From positions 458,750 to 522,749 of the forward strand of contig JBAZKU010000001.1 of assembly GCA_041650615.1 (NCBI GenBank): DNA of 64,000 nucleotides, written 5' to 3'. This document shows positions 55,497 through 64,000 of this stretch, in pieces; positions within the stretch are counted from its first letter, which is position 1; each line of letters starts with the position of its first letter. This DNA comes from Minisyncoccota bacterium. Its GTDB lineage: Bacteria; Patescibacteriota; Minisyncoccia; Phycocordibacterales; UBA9973. The notes beneath the pieces were generated by a model. The model was not told the DNA's origin. It was given only the letters and a program-made list of their open reading frames with translations, and did not search any database. Position numbers and translations under genes: made by a program.

Positions 55497-56654
55497 CTAT
55501 TTTTGATTTTCTAGAAATTGAAAAACTTTTTCGTTTGTGAGAACATTTTCGGCATGAAGGGTGGCTCGTTCCGGGTCAGCATCTTTATAATGTTCCAATA
55601 TTTTTGCCACCTCATTGGCCACTTGTTCTTTATCTGCTTCAATTTTTTCTATTTCAGCAATTTTATTCAGAATAAGTCCAAGTTTTGCTTTCTTTTCCGC
55701 ATCGATCCTGAATTCTTTTCTTAAATCAGGGACTGTTTTATTCAGATGTTTCAAATAATCTTCAAATTTTAATCCCATTTGAGTGATGTCAGATTCCATC
55801 CTATACAAAATCTTATCCAATTCCACTTCAATCAAAACTTCCGGCATTTCAACTTTTAAGTCATCAATTATTTTTTCGACGATTTTCAATCTGGTTTTCT
55901 CTTTTGCTTGATTTACTTTTTCCAGCTTTATATTTTCCTTTAGTTTTTCTTTGAAATCTACGACATTCTTAAAGGGTCCAAGCGCTTGCACAAATTCATC
56001 ATTAAATTCAGGTAATTCCTGCTTTATTTCCTCTTTCTCTTTTTCGTTATCGTGTTCTTCTCCCTCTTTATGTATATGTTCCTCTGCCTTATCCGCCATA
56101 TGTATTTTAGGAGCGCGAGATTTTCTGATATCCGTGATGGTATCTTCTACTTCTTTTTCTGTTACCTCTGTGTTTTTTTCGGCATCCGTTGTTTCGGAAA
56201 TTATTTTTTTAGCAATCTGTTTGTAATCGGGAAGTTTCATTTCCGGCATAGTGGCTGTTTTAATTTTAAATCCCAATGGGTTTTTGCGGGCAAGTTTGGT
56301 AATAGAAATTTCCGGACGGCTTATAGCGTCAATCCCGTTAGAGGCAGAGGATCGCTGCGAGCCCTCGCGGCCTCTAACGGGATCAATTTTATTTTCTGTT
56401 ATCTCTCCGCTAAGAATTTTAGGGTAAATATCTGAGATAGCCATTTCTGCCATTTCTCCTAAAATTTGTGACTCGGGCACTTTGGAAAGCAAAATATTCT
56501 CTGGAACTTTTCCTTTTCTAAACCCATCTATTTCCAAATTATCCCCGATTCTTTTTAAGGCCTTGTTGAAATATGTTTCAAAAGCATCAGCTTCAATTTC
56601 ACCTTCAATTTCCACTTCGCTTTTTGGAAGTTTTTTAATACTTATCTTTGGCAT
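55497..56654 (-). CDS. tig: Trigger factor
   Basis: N-terminal ribosome-binding domain GFRKGKVP; carries an in-frame palindromic insert. Confidence 0.85.
   Translation of the reverse strand: MPKISIKKLPKSEVEIEGEIEADAFETYFNKALKRIGDNLEIDGFRKGKVPENILLSKVPESQILGEMAEMAISDIYPKILSGEITENKIDPVRGREGSQRSSASNGIDAISRPEISITKLARKNPLGFKIKTATMPEMKLPDYKQIAKKIISETTDAEKNTEVTEKEVEDTITDIRKSRAPKIHMADKAEEHIHKEGEEHDNEKEKEEIKQELPEFNDEFVQALGPFKNVVDFKEKLKENIKLEKVNQAKEKTRLKIVEKIIDDLKVEMPEVLIEVELDKILYRMESDITQMGLKFEDYLKHLNKTVPDLRKEFRIDAEKKAKLGLILNKIAEIEKIEADKEQVANEVAKILEHYKDADPERATLHAENVLTNEKVFQFLENQK
56332..56383. repeat. GC-rich palindromic element inserted in frame in tig (14-nt arms ATCCCGTTAGAGGC / GCCTCTAACGGGAT)
   Basis: Perfect inverted repeat around a GCGAGCCCTCGC palindromic core; encodes VRGREGSQRSSASNGID. 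Confidence 0.75.
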
Positions 56655-56896
56655 TAGTTTATAGCATTTACATCAACATCAATATTTGTGTCTATCGCGT
56701 TTAAATCTTGTTCCAGTATGTCTAGTTCATTAACATCTGTCTCCGCAGGGGTCATGTTTTCTGATTGAAGGTTTTTCTGTTCCAACGCGCTTTTTACTTT
56801 TGATTGCCAAATGTAAATCCCGCCGATAATAAGAATAATAACAATAATTATTGAGCCAAGGAGCGCTCCGTTTGATTTTTTTTCTTCTAGTTCCAT
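56654..56896 (-). CDS. Small membrane protein
   Basis: 80 aa with a single TM helix; stop overlaps the tig start. Confidence 0.35.
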   Translation of the reverse strand: MELEEKKSNGALLGSIIIVIILIIGGIYIWQSKVKSALEQKNLQSENMTPAETDVNELDILEQDLNAIDTNIDVDVNAIN

Positions 56897-56923
56897 ATAT
56901 ATTTATTTTAATTTATTTATAAT

Positions 56924-57664
56924 TTACTGAGTGGTTTCGACGTTACCATTTGTTTCTATTTCTGCCTCCATTTTGATCTTGAGATTGTCTTTCAATGATT
57001 TAACAGCATCATTAAGCGTTTGATGAATTTCTTTTATAAGGGTTTGTATTTCTCCCGCTAGCGTTTTTAATTTAGTTTTATCTTCTGTTGAAAGTTGATT
57101 GGTTGATTCGGCAAGCAAAACGTTTATCTCCGTGATTTTTATATTAACTTCAGCCAATTTCGTTTCAGTATTTGCTATAAGACTTTCTGCCTTTGCAACG
57201 TCAACACCCTTTGCTTTAAGTTTTGTTATCTGGGAATTAATTTTATCTTTTAAATTACTTATTCTCTCCACCGCGTTATCAAATCTTTCTAAAGCTTTTT
57301 CTCGGCCCTCAATCCTCGCCTCTTCTATTTTTGCCTTAACTTCATCCTTTTCATTTTTTAAAGCTTCTTTTAAAGCCTCCATTTTATTTTTTGCTTCTTC
57401 TCGTAAAGTTTTTACCCCTTCTTTTAATTTTTCAATTCGGGTATTGACTTCAGCCCTTACCGTAGCATTAACTTCAGTTTTTGTCTCAGTATTAACTTCA
57501 TTTCTTAACTTTACTTCTTCTCTTATATTTTTTATTTCTTGTCCTAAATTTTGTACGGAAATTGATGCAGCTGTATTAAGTTTAGCTGCCTGTGCTATTG
57601 AAAACGATCCTAAAGACGAAAGAACTAATGTACCTATAATAAACAAATTTAAATATTTTTTCAT
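56924..57664 (-). CDS. Secreted coiled-coil protein
   Basis: Signal peptide then heptad-rich Lys/Glu sequence. Confidence 0.5.
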   Translation of the reverse strand: MKKYLNLFIIGTLVLSSLGSFSIAQAAKLNTAASISVQNLGQEIKNIREEVKLRNEVNTETKTEVNATVRAEVNTRIEKLKEGVKTLREEAKNKMEALKEALKNEKDEVKAKIEEARIEGREKALERFDNAVERISNLKDKINSQITKLKAKGVDVAKAESLIANTETKLAEVNIKITEINVLLAESTNQLSTEDKTKLKTLAGEIQTLIKEIHQTLNDAVKSLKDNLKIKMEAEIETNGNVETTQ

Positions 57665-57751
57665 AATTTTACGACGTTAAATTGATAATCAAACTAAACT
57701 AGATTATAGCAAAAAATCAGGACAATTGCTATTCTCGTATGCTTGTTTGTT

Positions 57752-57780
57752 TTGACTTTTAATAAGTGTTCGGGTATAGT
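57752..57780 (+). promoter_or_regulatory. Sigma70-like promoter upstream of the H+-PPase gene (TTGACT-17-TATAGT)
   Basis: Consensus hexamers with a 17-nt spacer. Confidence 0.45.
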
Positions 57781-57852
57781 CATTTACAGTCAATAAATTA
57801 TAGAAAGTCGAAGATCTATAATCTTTTATTATTAATAATTTTAAAAAAAATT

Positions 57853-59883
57853 ATGTTATTAACTTCGTTTATCATTTCTATTCTTGCTTTGTTTTTTGCC
57901 GGCTATCTTGTTTTTTGGATTAAGAAAAACGATATGGGAACAGCAAAAATGCAAGAAATATATGAGGCAATTAAAAAAGGGGCAAACGCATTTTTAAAAA
58001 GACAATACAAAACAATTGGAATTATCACGATTGTTTTAGCCTTGATTCTTTTTGGGGTCTACGCTCTTAACGGAAAGCCAATTTCAGGTTTCCAGGTCAG
58101 TCTCGCTTTTATTTTGGGCGCTTTGTGTTCCTGTCTTTCCGGTCTTGTCGGCATGTGGATTTCTGTTCGTTCAAATATCAGAACGGCTTCCGCAGCTCAA
58201 ACAAGTTTCAGTAAAGCGTTAACTATCGCTTTAAGAGCCGGAGCGGTTTCCGGTATTACGATAGTGGCATTGAGTTTGATTGGCATTACTGGACTTTATT
58301 ATATTTATGGCGTTTTAGGATATACAGCTGTGGAAATACCCGCTTTGCTCGTTGGTTTTGGATTCGGAGCCAGCTTGGTAGCTTTATTTGCCCAACTTGG
58401 AGGAGGAATTTACACCAAAGCGGCGGATGTCGGAGCAGACTTGGTTGGTAAAGTAGAAAAAGATATTCCTGAAGACGATCCTCGCAATCCTGCCGTTATT
58501 GCTGATTTGGTTGGGGATAATGTTGGAGACTGCGCTGGTAGAGGAGCGGACCTTTTTGAATCAACAGCGGCGGAAAATATTGGAGCAATGATAATAGGGG
58601 TTGCTCTTTTCCCTCATTTTGGCATTAGTGGAATTATTTTTCCCTTAGTTATCAGAGGATTTGGATTACTTGCGGCAATGATTGGAGTTTTGTCAGCAAA
58701 AGCAAAAGAAGAAGATGAACCTCTAAAAGCATTAAACAAAGGATACTTTGTGACTTCTGTTTTAGTGACTATTGCTTTTTATTTTGTGACAATGAACATG
58801 CTAGGCAATATTTTATATTTCTTTGCAGGATTAGTCGGTTTATTGGCCAGTATCGCTTTCGTATTTATTACTCAATATTATACGGAACATAAATACAAAC
58901 CGGTGCAATCAATAGCAAATGCTTCAAAAACTGGACACGCTACGAATATAATTGCCGGACTTTCCGTAGGATTTGAATGTACCTTTGCAACAGTAGTAAC
59001 AATTTCAGCAGCTTTGCTTGCTTCTTTTAAATTAGGAGCCATGACCGGTTTTGCTTCCGGCGGACTTTATGGAACAGCAGTAGCTACGATGGGAATGTTG
59101 GCTACCGCCGCTTATGTTTTAGCTATGGATACTTTCGGACCGATTACCGATAATGCCGGTGGAATTGTGGAAATGTCTGGAGCTTCAGAGCAAGTCAGGG
59201 AGAGAACGGACAAACTTGATGCTGCCGGAAATACAACCAAAGCTTTGACTAAGGGATATGCAATGGGTAGCGCGGCCTTAGCGGCTTTCTTGCTTTTCTC
59301 TTCATATTTACAAGAAGCGGGAATAACAACCGTTGATTTGGCAAAAGTGGAAGTTTTCGTGGCCGCTTTGATAGGGGCAATGTTAATCTTTTTCTTCTCC
59401 GGTTTCACTATGAGAGCGGTAGGAAAAGCGGCTGGAAAGATTGTGGATGAAGTTAGGCGTCAATTTAAAGCAGACCCCGGACTGATGGCGGGGACCAGCA
59501 AGCCTGATTATGCAGCTTGCGTTGATATCACCACCAAAGCGGCTTTGAGAGAAATGATTTTGCCTGGATTATTGGCAGTGGTAGTTCCAATCCTTGTTGG
59601 AGTCTTTTTGAAAGCGGAAGCGGAAGCGGGACTGATAATGGTTGGCACTATTGCCGGCATCCTCTTGGCTACTCTAATGAACAATGCTGGTGGCGCTTGG
59701 GATAATGCTAAGAAATATATTGAAATGGGAAATCTGGGTGGAAAGGGAAGCGATGCTCACAAAGCAGCCGTCACAGGAGACACTGTTGGCGATCCGTTCA
59801 AAGACACAGCTGGGCCATCCTTACACGTGTTAGTAAAATTACTCGGAACTCTTTCTCTGGCCCTGGTTGCGTTGTTTATGTAA
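57853..59883 (+). CDS. hppA: K+/H+-translocating inorganic pyrophosphatase
   Basis: Multi-TM protein with GDNVGDCAGRGADLFES motif; likely start at the internal ATG 57853 rather than the track start 57766. Confidence 0.9.
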   Translation: MLLTSFIISILALFFAGYLVFWIKKNDMGTAKMQEIYEAIKKGANAFLKRQYKTIGIITIVLALILFGVYALNGKPISGFQVSLAFILGALCSCLSGLVGMWISVRSNIRTASAAQTSFSKALTIALRAGAVSGITIVALSLIGITGLYYIYGVLGYTAVEIPALLVGFGFGASLVALFAQLGGGIYTKAADVGADLVGKVEKDIPEDDPRNPAVIADLVGDNVGDCAGRGADLFESTAAENIGAMIIGVALFPHFGISGIIFPLVIRGFGLLAAMIGVLSAKAKEEDEPLKALNKGYFVTSVLVTIAFYFVTMNMLGNILYFFAGLVGLLASIAFVFITQYYTEHKYKPVQSIANASKTGHATNIIAGLSVGFECTFATVVTISAALLASFKLGAMTGFASGGLYGTAVATMGMLATAAYVLAMDTFGPITDNAGGIVEMSGASEQVRERTDKLDAAGNTTKALTKGYAMGSAALAAFLLFSSYLQEAGITTVDLAKVEVFVAALIGAMLIFFFSGFTMRAVGKAAGKIVDEVRRQFKADPGLMAGTSKPDYAACVDITTKAALREMILPGLLAVVVPILVGVFLKAEAEAGLIMVGTIAGILLATLMNNAGGAWDNAKKYIEMGNLGGKGSDAHKAAVTGDTVGDPFKDTAGPSLHVLVKLLGTLSLALVALFM

Positions 59884-59953
59884 GAAAAACACCTTGTCTT
59901 TTAAAGATAAAGTTATTCACACATAAAATTCATAGTTATGTTAGAATAAAAAA

Positions 59954-60529
59954 ATGGGAAATAAAAAACCACATTTGATTTTCATTTACGGATTTGTAGC
60001 CGTTGGAAAGCTTACTGTTGCCAAAGAACTTGCGAAATTAACTAAATATAAAATTTTACATAATCATATGATTGTTGATCTTTTCGGTGATCTTTTTGGC
60101 CATGAAAGGCCAGGAACTGTCGAGAAAGCTGAAATTAAAGAATGGTTTTATTTTGAATTAACAAAAAAATTAATAGGTACAGGAGATAATTTTATTTTTA
60201 CTCATACGTATTCAGACTCATATGTTTCTAAAACTGGAATGACTGATTTAGATTTTGTAAAAAAAATTAAAGAAATAGTAACTGAATTAGGAGGTATTTT
60301 TTGTCCAGTGTATCTCTTTTGTTCCGAACAAGAAATGCTTAAAAGATTAAAAAATAAATCACGTAAGTCGCATAAAAAATTAAGATCCTTGAAAATTATG
60401 AAAGAATTAATGAAAAGAGAAAATTTTAAAACACCAGCACCACTTAGAAATAATTTTTTAATGGATACAACTGAAAATTCTCCTAAAAAAGTTGCAAAAA
60501 TGATAAAAGAACATTTTAAATTAGATTAA
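59954..60529 (+). CDS. P-loop NTPase / small kinase-like protein
   Basis: Degenerate Walker A GFVAVGKLT at the N-terminus. Confidence 0.45.
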   Translation: MGNKKPHLIFIYGFVAVGKLTVAKELAKLTKYKILHNHMIVDLFGDLFGHERPGTVEKAEIKEWFYFELTKKLIGTGDNFIFTHTYSDSYVSKTGMTDLDFVKKIKEIVTELGGIFCPVYLFCSEQEMLKRLKNKSRKSHKKLRSLKIMKELMKRENFKTPAPLRNNFLMDTTENSPKKVAKMIKEHFKLD

Positions 60530-60541
60530 GTTTTTTAATAT

Positions 60542-60578
60542 AAAAAAGCCGAACATATTTCTATGTCCGGCTTTTGTC
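60542..60578. terminator. Bidirectional intrinsic terminator (AAAAAAGCCGAACATA-TTTC-TATGTCCGGCTTTTG)
   Basis: ~10-bp stem with one mismatch, A/T runs on both sides, between convergent genes. Confidence 0.7.
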
Positions 60579-60655
60579 TTGACGGGTTAGTTAAATTAAT
60601 TAACTTCCCCATCCGTTTTTTAGTACCATAGTAATCACCTCCTTTCTTTGTAAAA

Positions 60656-61792
60656 TTAATCTATCATTGCCTTTACATTATTTTCGTTGATATTGGGGTA
60701 TGTTCCTTCTTGATCTATTAAACTAGAAAAAGCTAATCTTTCACCGTCTCCCAATAGAGGCAAGATAACTTTTTCTACCCTAGGCATTATACAACATGAG
60801 TTAGGATCAATAACATTTATTTTCCCTAACCACCTAAATGGAGTAGCGCGACAGCCCCCACCACATATTTTTATATATCGACAATTGCCGCAACCAAGAG
60901 AATTTACTGTTATTTTTTTGAAATCAGTAAGCCAATCAGAATCTTTTATTGCATCCTTTATGGATTTGTTCTTTACTGATCCGTATTTGATGTTTAATGC
61001 TGGACAGAATATCAAATCACCATTTGCATTAATGCAAATATTTGCAAAATTATACTCACAAGAGTGACCAGAAAGATTCATTGGAGCATAATCTTCTTTT
61101 TCTATCCAAGAATAATAAACATTATCTATCCTTAGAAGAAAAGGTTTGGCATCTAATTGATGATTTTTTATAACATCAACATACACATTGAACAACCTAT
61201 CATAATCAGAGAAATTTACAATATGGCTGTTTTTTTGTGTTCTGATTGTTTTCCAGAGCTGGCTTAAACGCCAGCAATAAATTCCAGTTTCTTTTAGCTC
61301 TTTATATAAAGGTAATAATTCTGAAACATTTTGCTCATAAACAACCGTTTGAATCATGATTTTACATCCTGGTAGAAACGATTTTAAATTCTTAATGTTT
61401 TTTATGGAAGACAAATAACTACTACCTTCGCGTATTATATCGTTAGTTGCCAACCCATCTAAACTAGTTCTAAACTCTTTTACCTGAGAGAGTTCAGAAA
61501 TAATATTAAGATTTTTTTGAGAAAAATGTTTCCCATTGGTTGATATTATTACTCTTGATTCTTGACCACAGGCCTCTATTATTTCAGGCCAACGAAGGTA
61601 GCGGAAAGGTTCTCCGCCAGTGAGTGTAAAATTTACCACTCCAAGTTCTTTACATTCAGCAATAATTTCCAGCCATCTTTGATGAGATAATTCATCTTTG
61701 CGATATAGAACTGAATTTTTTTCTCCAGCATGACAGTAAAGACACTGCATATCACAATCCCCAGTCAATTCTAATCTAACTGAATTAAACAT
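60656..61792 (-). CDS. Radical SAM enzyme with C-terminal SPASM domain (peptide/protein maturase family)
   Basis: CDMQCLYC (Cx3Cx2C) radical SAM cluster motif; C-terminal CxxC...CGNCRYIKICGGGCRA auxiliary-cluster Cys array; AAGGAG SD. Confidence 0.8.
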   Translation of the reverse strand: MFNSVRLELTGDCDMQCLYCHAGEKNSVLYRKDELSHQRWLEIIAECKELGVVNFTLTGGEPFRYLRWPEIIEACGQESRVIISTNGKHFSQKNLNIISELSQVKEFRTSLDGLATNDIIREGSSYLSSIKNIKNLKSFLPGCKIMIQTVVYEQNVSELLPLYKELKETGIYCWRLSQLWKTIRTQKNSHIVNFSDYDRLFNVYVDVIKNHQLDAKPFLLRIDNVYYSWIEKEDYAPMNLSGHSCEYNFANICINANGDLIFCPALNIKYGSVKNKSIKDAIKDSDWLTDFKKITVNSLGCGNCRYIKICGGGCRATPFRWLGKINVIDPNSCCIMPRVEKVILPLLGDGERLAFSSLIDQEGTYPNINENNVKAMID

Positions 61793-61924
61793 TTTTGTTC
61801 TCCTTATTTTGTTTTCAATGAATTAGTTATTTATTTATAAAATAACAAATTAAATTGATTTTGTCAATACTAAAATATTTTTAATATTTTTTTATGTTAT
61901 TTTAATAAGTGATATACTTTTTAT

Positions 61925-62446
61925 ATGAAAAAATTAACAATAGCTGTTGGAACAACTTCTCTTCAAAAAATTAGCTATCTTAAAGAAGTTTTAAAAGAAC
62001 TTGGGATAAAAGCAGTTATTAAGTCTATTGAAGTAAAAAGTGGAATTTCTACTCAGCCGATAACATCAAAAGAAACTAAAATAGGTTCCATTAATAGAGC
62101 AAAAAATGCGTTAAAGAAAGTTGAGAATGCTGATTTTGCTTTGGGAGTGGAAGTTGGGTATCACAAATATTTAAAAAATAAATATGAAATTTTTTGCTGG
62201 GCTACTATTATTGATAAACATAGTCACCAGATATCAGGACAGTCATATAAATTTTCATTACCGGAATATCATCAAAAAATCTTAAAAAGTGGCAAATATC
62301 TGGGTGATAATTTAGATGGATATTCAAAAAAAGTAAAAGATTCTATTGGTGTATATATAGATAATGCGATTCGTCATCGTAAGCCTTTTATAATAAGCGC
62401 CCTAAAAGACACCCTGGTTAGATATTTAAGAAAAGAAGATTTTTAA
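61925..62446 (+). CDS. Inosine/xanthosine triphosphatase (YjjX/DUF84 family)
   Basis: VKSGISTQPITSKETKIGSINRAKNA and DSIGVYIDNAIRHRKPFIISAL align with YjjX motifs. Confidence 0.65.
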   Translation: MKKLTIAVGTTSLQKISYLKEVLKELGIKAVIKSIEVKSGISTQPITSKETKIGSINRAKNALKKVENADFALGVEVGYHKYLKNKYEIFCWATIIDKHSHQISGQSYKFSLPEYHQKILKSGKYLGDNLDGYSKKVKDSIGVYIDNAIRHRKPFIISALKDTLVRYLRKEDF

Positions 62447-62448
62447 TT

Positions 62449-63609
62449 TTATTCCTCCTTCACTTCCACTTTTTCGCCGTCGGTGGAGGCGACTTCTTTG
62501 CCGTCGCCTTTGATGTCTATTCTCCAGCCAGTGAGCTTGGCAGCCAGGCGCACATTTTGTCCACCTTTGCCGATAGCTAGAGAAAGCTGGTCATCAGCGA
62601 CTTCTATAATAGCTTTATGTTCTTTTTCATCTATTTCTATGGAAAGGACTTTAGCCGGAGAAAGAGAATTGGAAACAAATTGTTTTGGGTCTTCGGACCA
62701 AGGAATAATATCTATCTTTTCACCCAAAAGTTCTTGAGTAATGGTATTTACCCGAGTGCCTTTTTGTCCGACACATGAACCAACCGGGTCAATATGTTCA
62801 TCATTTGAATGCACGGCTATTTTTGAACGAGCGCCCGCTTCTCGAGCCACCGATTTTATTTCTACAATTCCATTTTCCACTTCCGGCGCTTCAATAGCAA
62901 AAAGTTTTTCTATAAATTTAGGATGAGTACGAGAAAGACGAAGATTGATGCCTCTGACTGTGTCTTCCACTGAATATAAATAAGCTCGCACGCGCTGGCC
63001 TCTTTGGAAAAATTCTCCCGGAATTTGCTCTTCCGCAGGCAGAATTCCAGTGGCGCGGTTAAAATCAACATAAACATTTCCTCTTTCTATTTTCTGCACG
63101 ATGCCTGAGACTATTTCTCCTTCTTTTGTTCCATATTCATCTATAATAGATGTTCGTTCCGCTTCTCGAATTCTCTGAATAATAACTTGTTTGGCGGTCT
63201 GGGCAGCAATACGTCCATAATCTTCCTTGGCTTCAAGCGGGAAAACAACTTCATCGTTCAATTCCACATCTTTTTTTATTTTTTTTGCGTCCTCCAGCAT
63301 TATATGATGCTCTCCATTGAAGCGAACACGCTCATCGCCTTCATCTTTCACCGAATATTCCTCGTCTGTTTCATTTTCTTCTCCTATTTTTGCGATAGTA
63401 TCATCCACCACTATTTTTATTTGAAAAAAATCCGTTTTGCCGGTTTCCAAATCAAACTTTGCTCGGATGATTTGTCCTTTTTTACCATAATCTTTTTTAT
63501 AAGCGGCGGCCATAGCTTGCTCTATGGCGTCTAATATTTTTTCTTTTGGAATTTTCTTCTCCTCCTCTAATTGTTCCAAGGCTGATTTGAATGTTTTTAT
63601 ATCTAACAT
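62449..63609 (-). CDS. nusA: Transcription termination/antitermination factor NusA
   Basis: N-terminal domain, S1 and two KH domains. Confidence 0.9.
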   Translation of the reverse strand: MLDIKTFKSALEQLEEEKKIPKEKILDAIEQAMAAAYKKDYGKKGQIIRAKFDLETGKTDFFQIKIVVDDTIAKIGEENETDEEYSVKDEGDERVRFNGEHHIMLEDAKKIKKDVELNDEVVFPLEAKEDYGRIAAQTAKQVIIQRIREAERTSIIDEYGTKEGEIVSGIVQKIERGNVYVDFNRATGILPAEEQIPGEFFQRGQRVRAYLYSVEDTVRGINLRLSRTHPKFIEKLFAIEAPEVENGIVEIKSVAREAGARSKIAVHSNDEHIDPVGSCVGQKGTRVNTITQELLGEKIDIIPWSEDPKQFVSNSLSPAKVLSIEIDEKEHKAIIEVADDQLSLAIGKGGQNVRLAAKLTGWRIDIKGDGKEVASTDGEKVEVKEE

Positions 63610-63620
63610 AATGATTTAAA

Positions 63621-63713
63621 ATTATGAAAATTAAAAAATTTAAGGCGTCGTGGGTTCCCTGTCCTGTTGACTCCGAGGGCGAAGGCGCAAAAATTTTTTG
63701 AATTTTTATAATT
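63621..63713 (+). repeat. Family F structured element upstream of nusA (antisense to it), with imperfect ~21-bp flanking stem
   Basis: Core GTGGGTTCCCTGTCCTGTTGACTCCGAGGGCG near-identical to the rpsO-leader copy; flanked by ATTATGAAAATTAAAAAATTT / AAAATTTTTTGAATTTTTATAAT. Confidence 0.7.
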
Positions 63714-64000
63714 TATATTAAATTTTTAAATTAAAAAGCCCTGTTTCGACAGGACTTGTACAATTCATAGAGTATCACAAGCTATATTAAAATGCAAGGA
63801 CTTTAGAAAAAGTAATAAAAATGTTGGAATTAGAAAAACAAGAAAGGTTAGTCCATAATTATTGGCATTTGTTTAAAGATTATAAGAAGGCTAATAATTT
63901 AGTTGGAGAAGATATAGTTTTTTAAAAATAAATTTAGAAGCTTTGCTAGATCTTTTCCCGCGGTGATAAAAACAAAGTCTGAGTTTTTTTTATTTGTTTA

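Noticed and set aside
57766-57852. Track start of the pyrophosphatase ORF
   Set aside because: The extension encodes an implausible N-terminus and overlaps the promoter; the internal ATG at 57853 precedes the first TM helix
60630-60645. Plus-strand TCACCTCCTTTCT resembles the 3' terminus of 16S rRNA
   Set aside because: Only ~13 nt match with no flanking rRNA similarity; it is simply the complement of a strong SD on the minus strand
1-64000. Alternative genetic code (UGA=Gly, code 25) as in some CPR lineages
   Set aside because: Conserved genes read through to TAA/TAG stops as full-length proteins under the standard code; no sign of in-frame TGA in conserved domains

Overview
Low-GC (~33%), gene-dense bacterial chromosome segment that looks like a Candidate Phyla Radiation / Patescibacteria-type genome (standard genetic code, short intergenic spacers, small versions of housekeeping proteins). 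It contains the replication-origin neighbourhood: dnaA-dnaN on the minus strand, and rpmH-rnpA-yidD-yidC-jag on the plus strand. Core genes include polA, ruvB-yebC-ruvC, tyrS, a class A PBP, ksgA, uvrD/pcrA, cca, murI, xth, xerC, rpsO, pnp, comM, lexA, hup, rny, clpP, tig, an H+-pyrophosphatase, nusA, and a PilB/GspE-type ATPase. Seven tRNAs are present (Lys, Gly x2, Pro, Arg, Leu), none with an encoded CCA, plus a tRNA-Pro fragment. The main accessory feature is a ~15.7 kb, 13-gene minus-strand operon (18884-34616) with type IV secretion-like components (VirB4 ATPase, VirB3-like, VirB6/TrbL-like polytopic protein, an NlpC/P60 cell-wall hydrolase carrying a pilin-like hairpin) and large Thr-rich surface proteins. 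No coupling protein or relaxase is visible in the window. The second striking feature is a set of GC-rich palindromic / MITE-like repeat families. Several copies are inserted IN FRAME inside essential genes (polA, jag, ksgA, uvrD, tig), and others sit 25-46 nt downstream of stop codons in sense orientation. Also present: a radical SAM/SPASM maturase followed by a 9-codon mini-ORF with a perfect Shine-Dalgarno sequence, and a LexA gene preceded by a Cheo-type SOS box embedded in a consensus promoter. Coordinates derived by hand from line numbering may be off by 1-2 nt.
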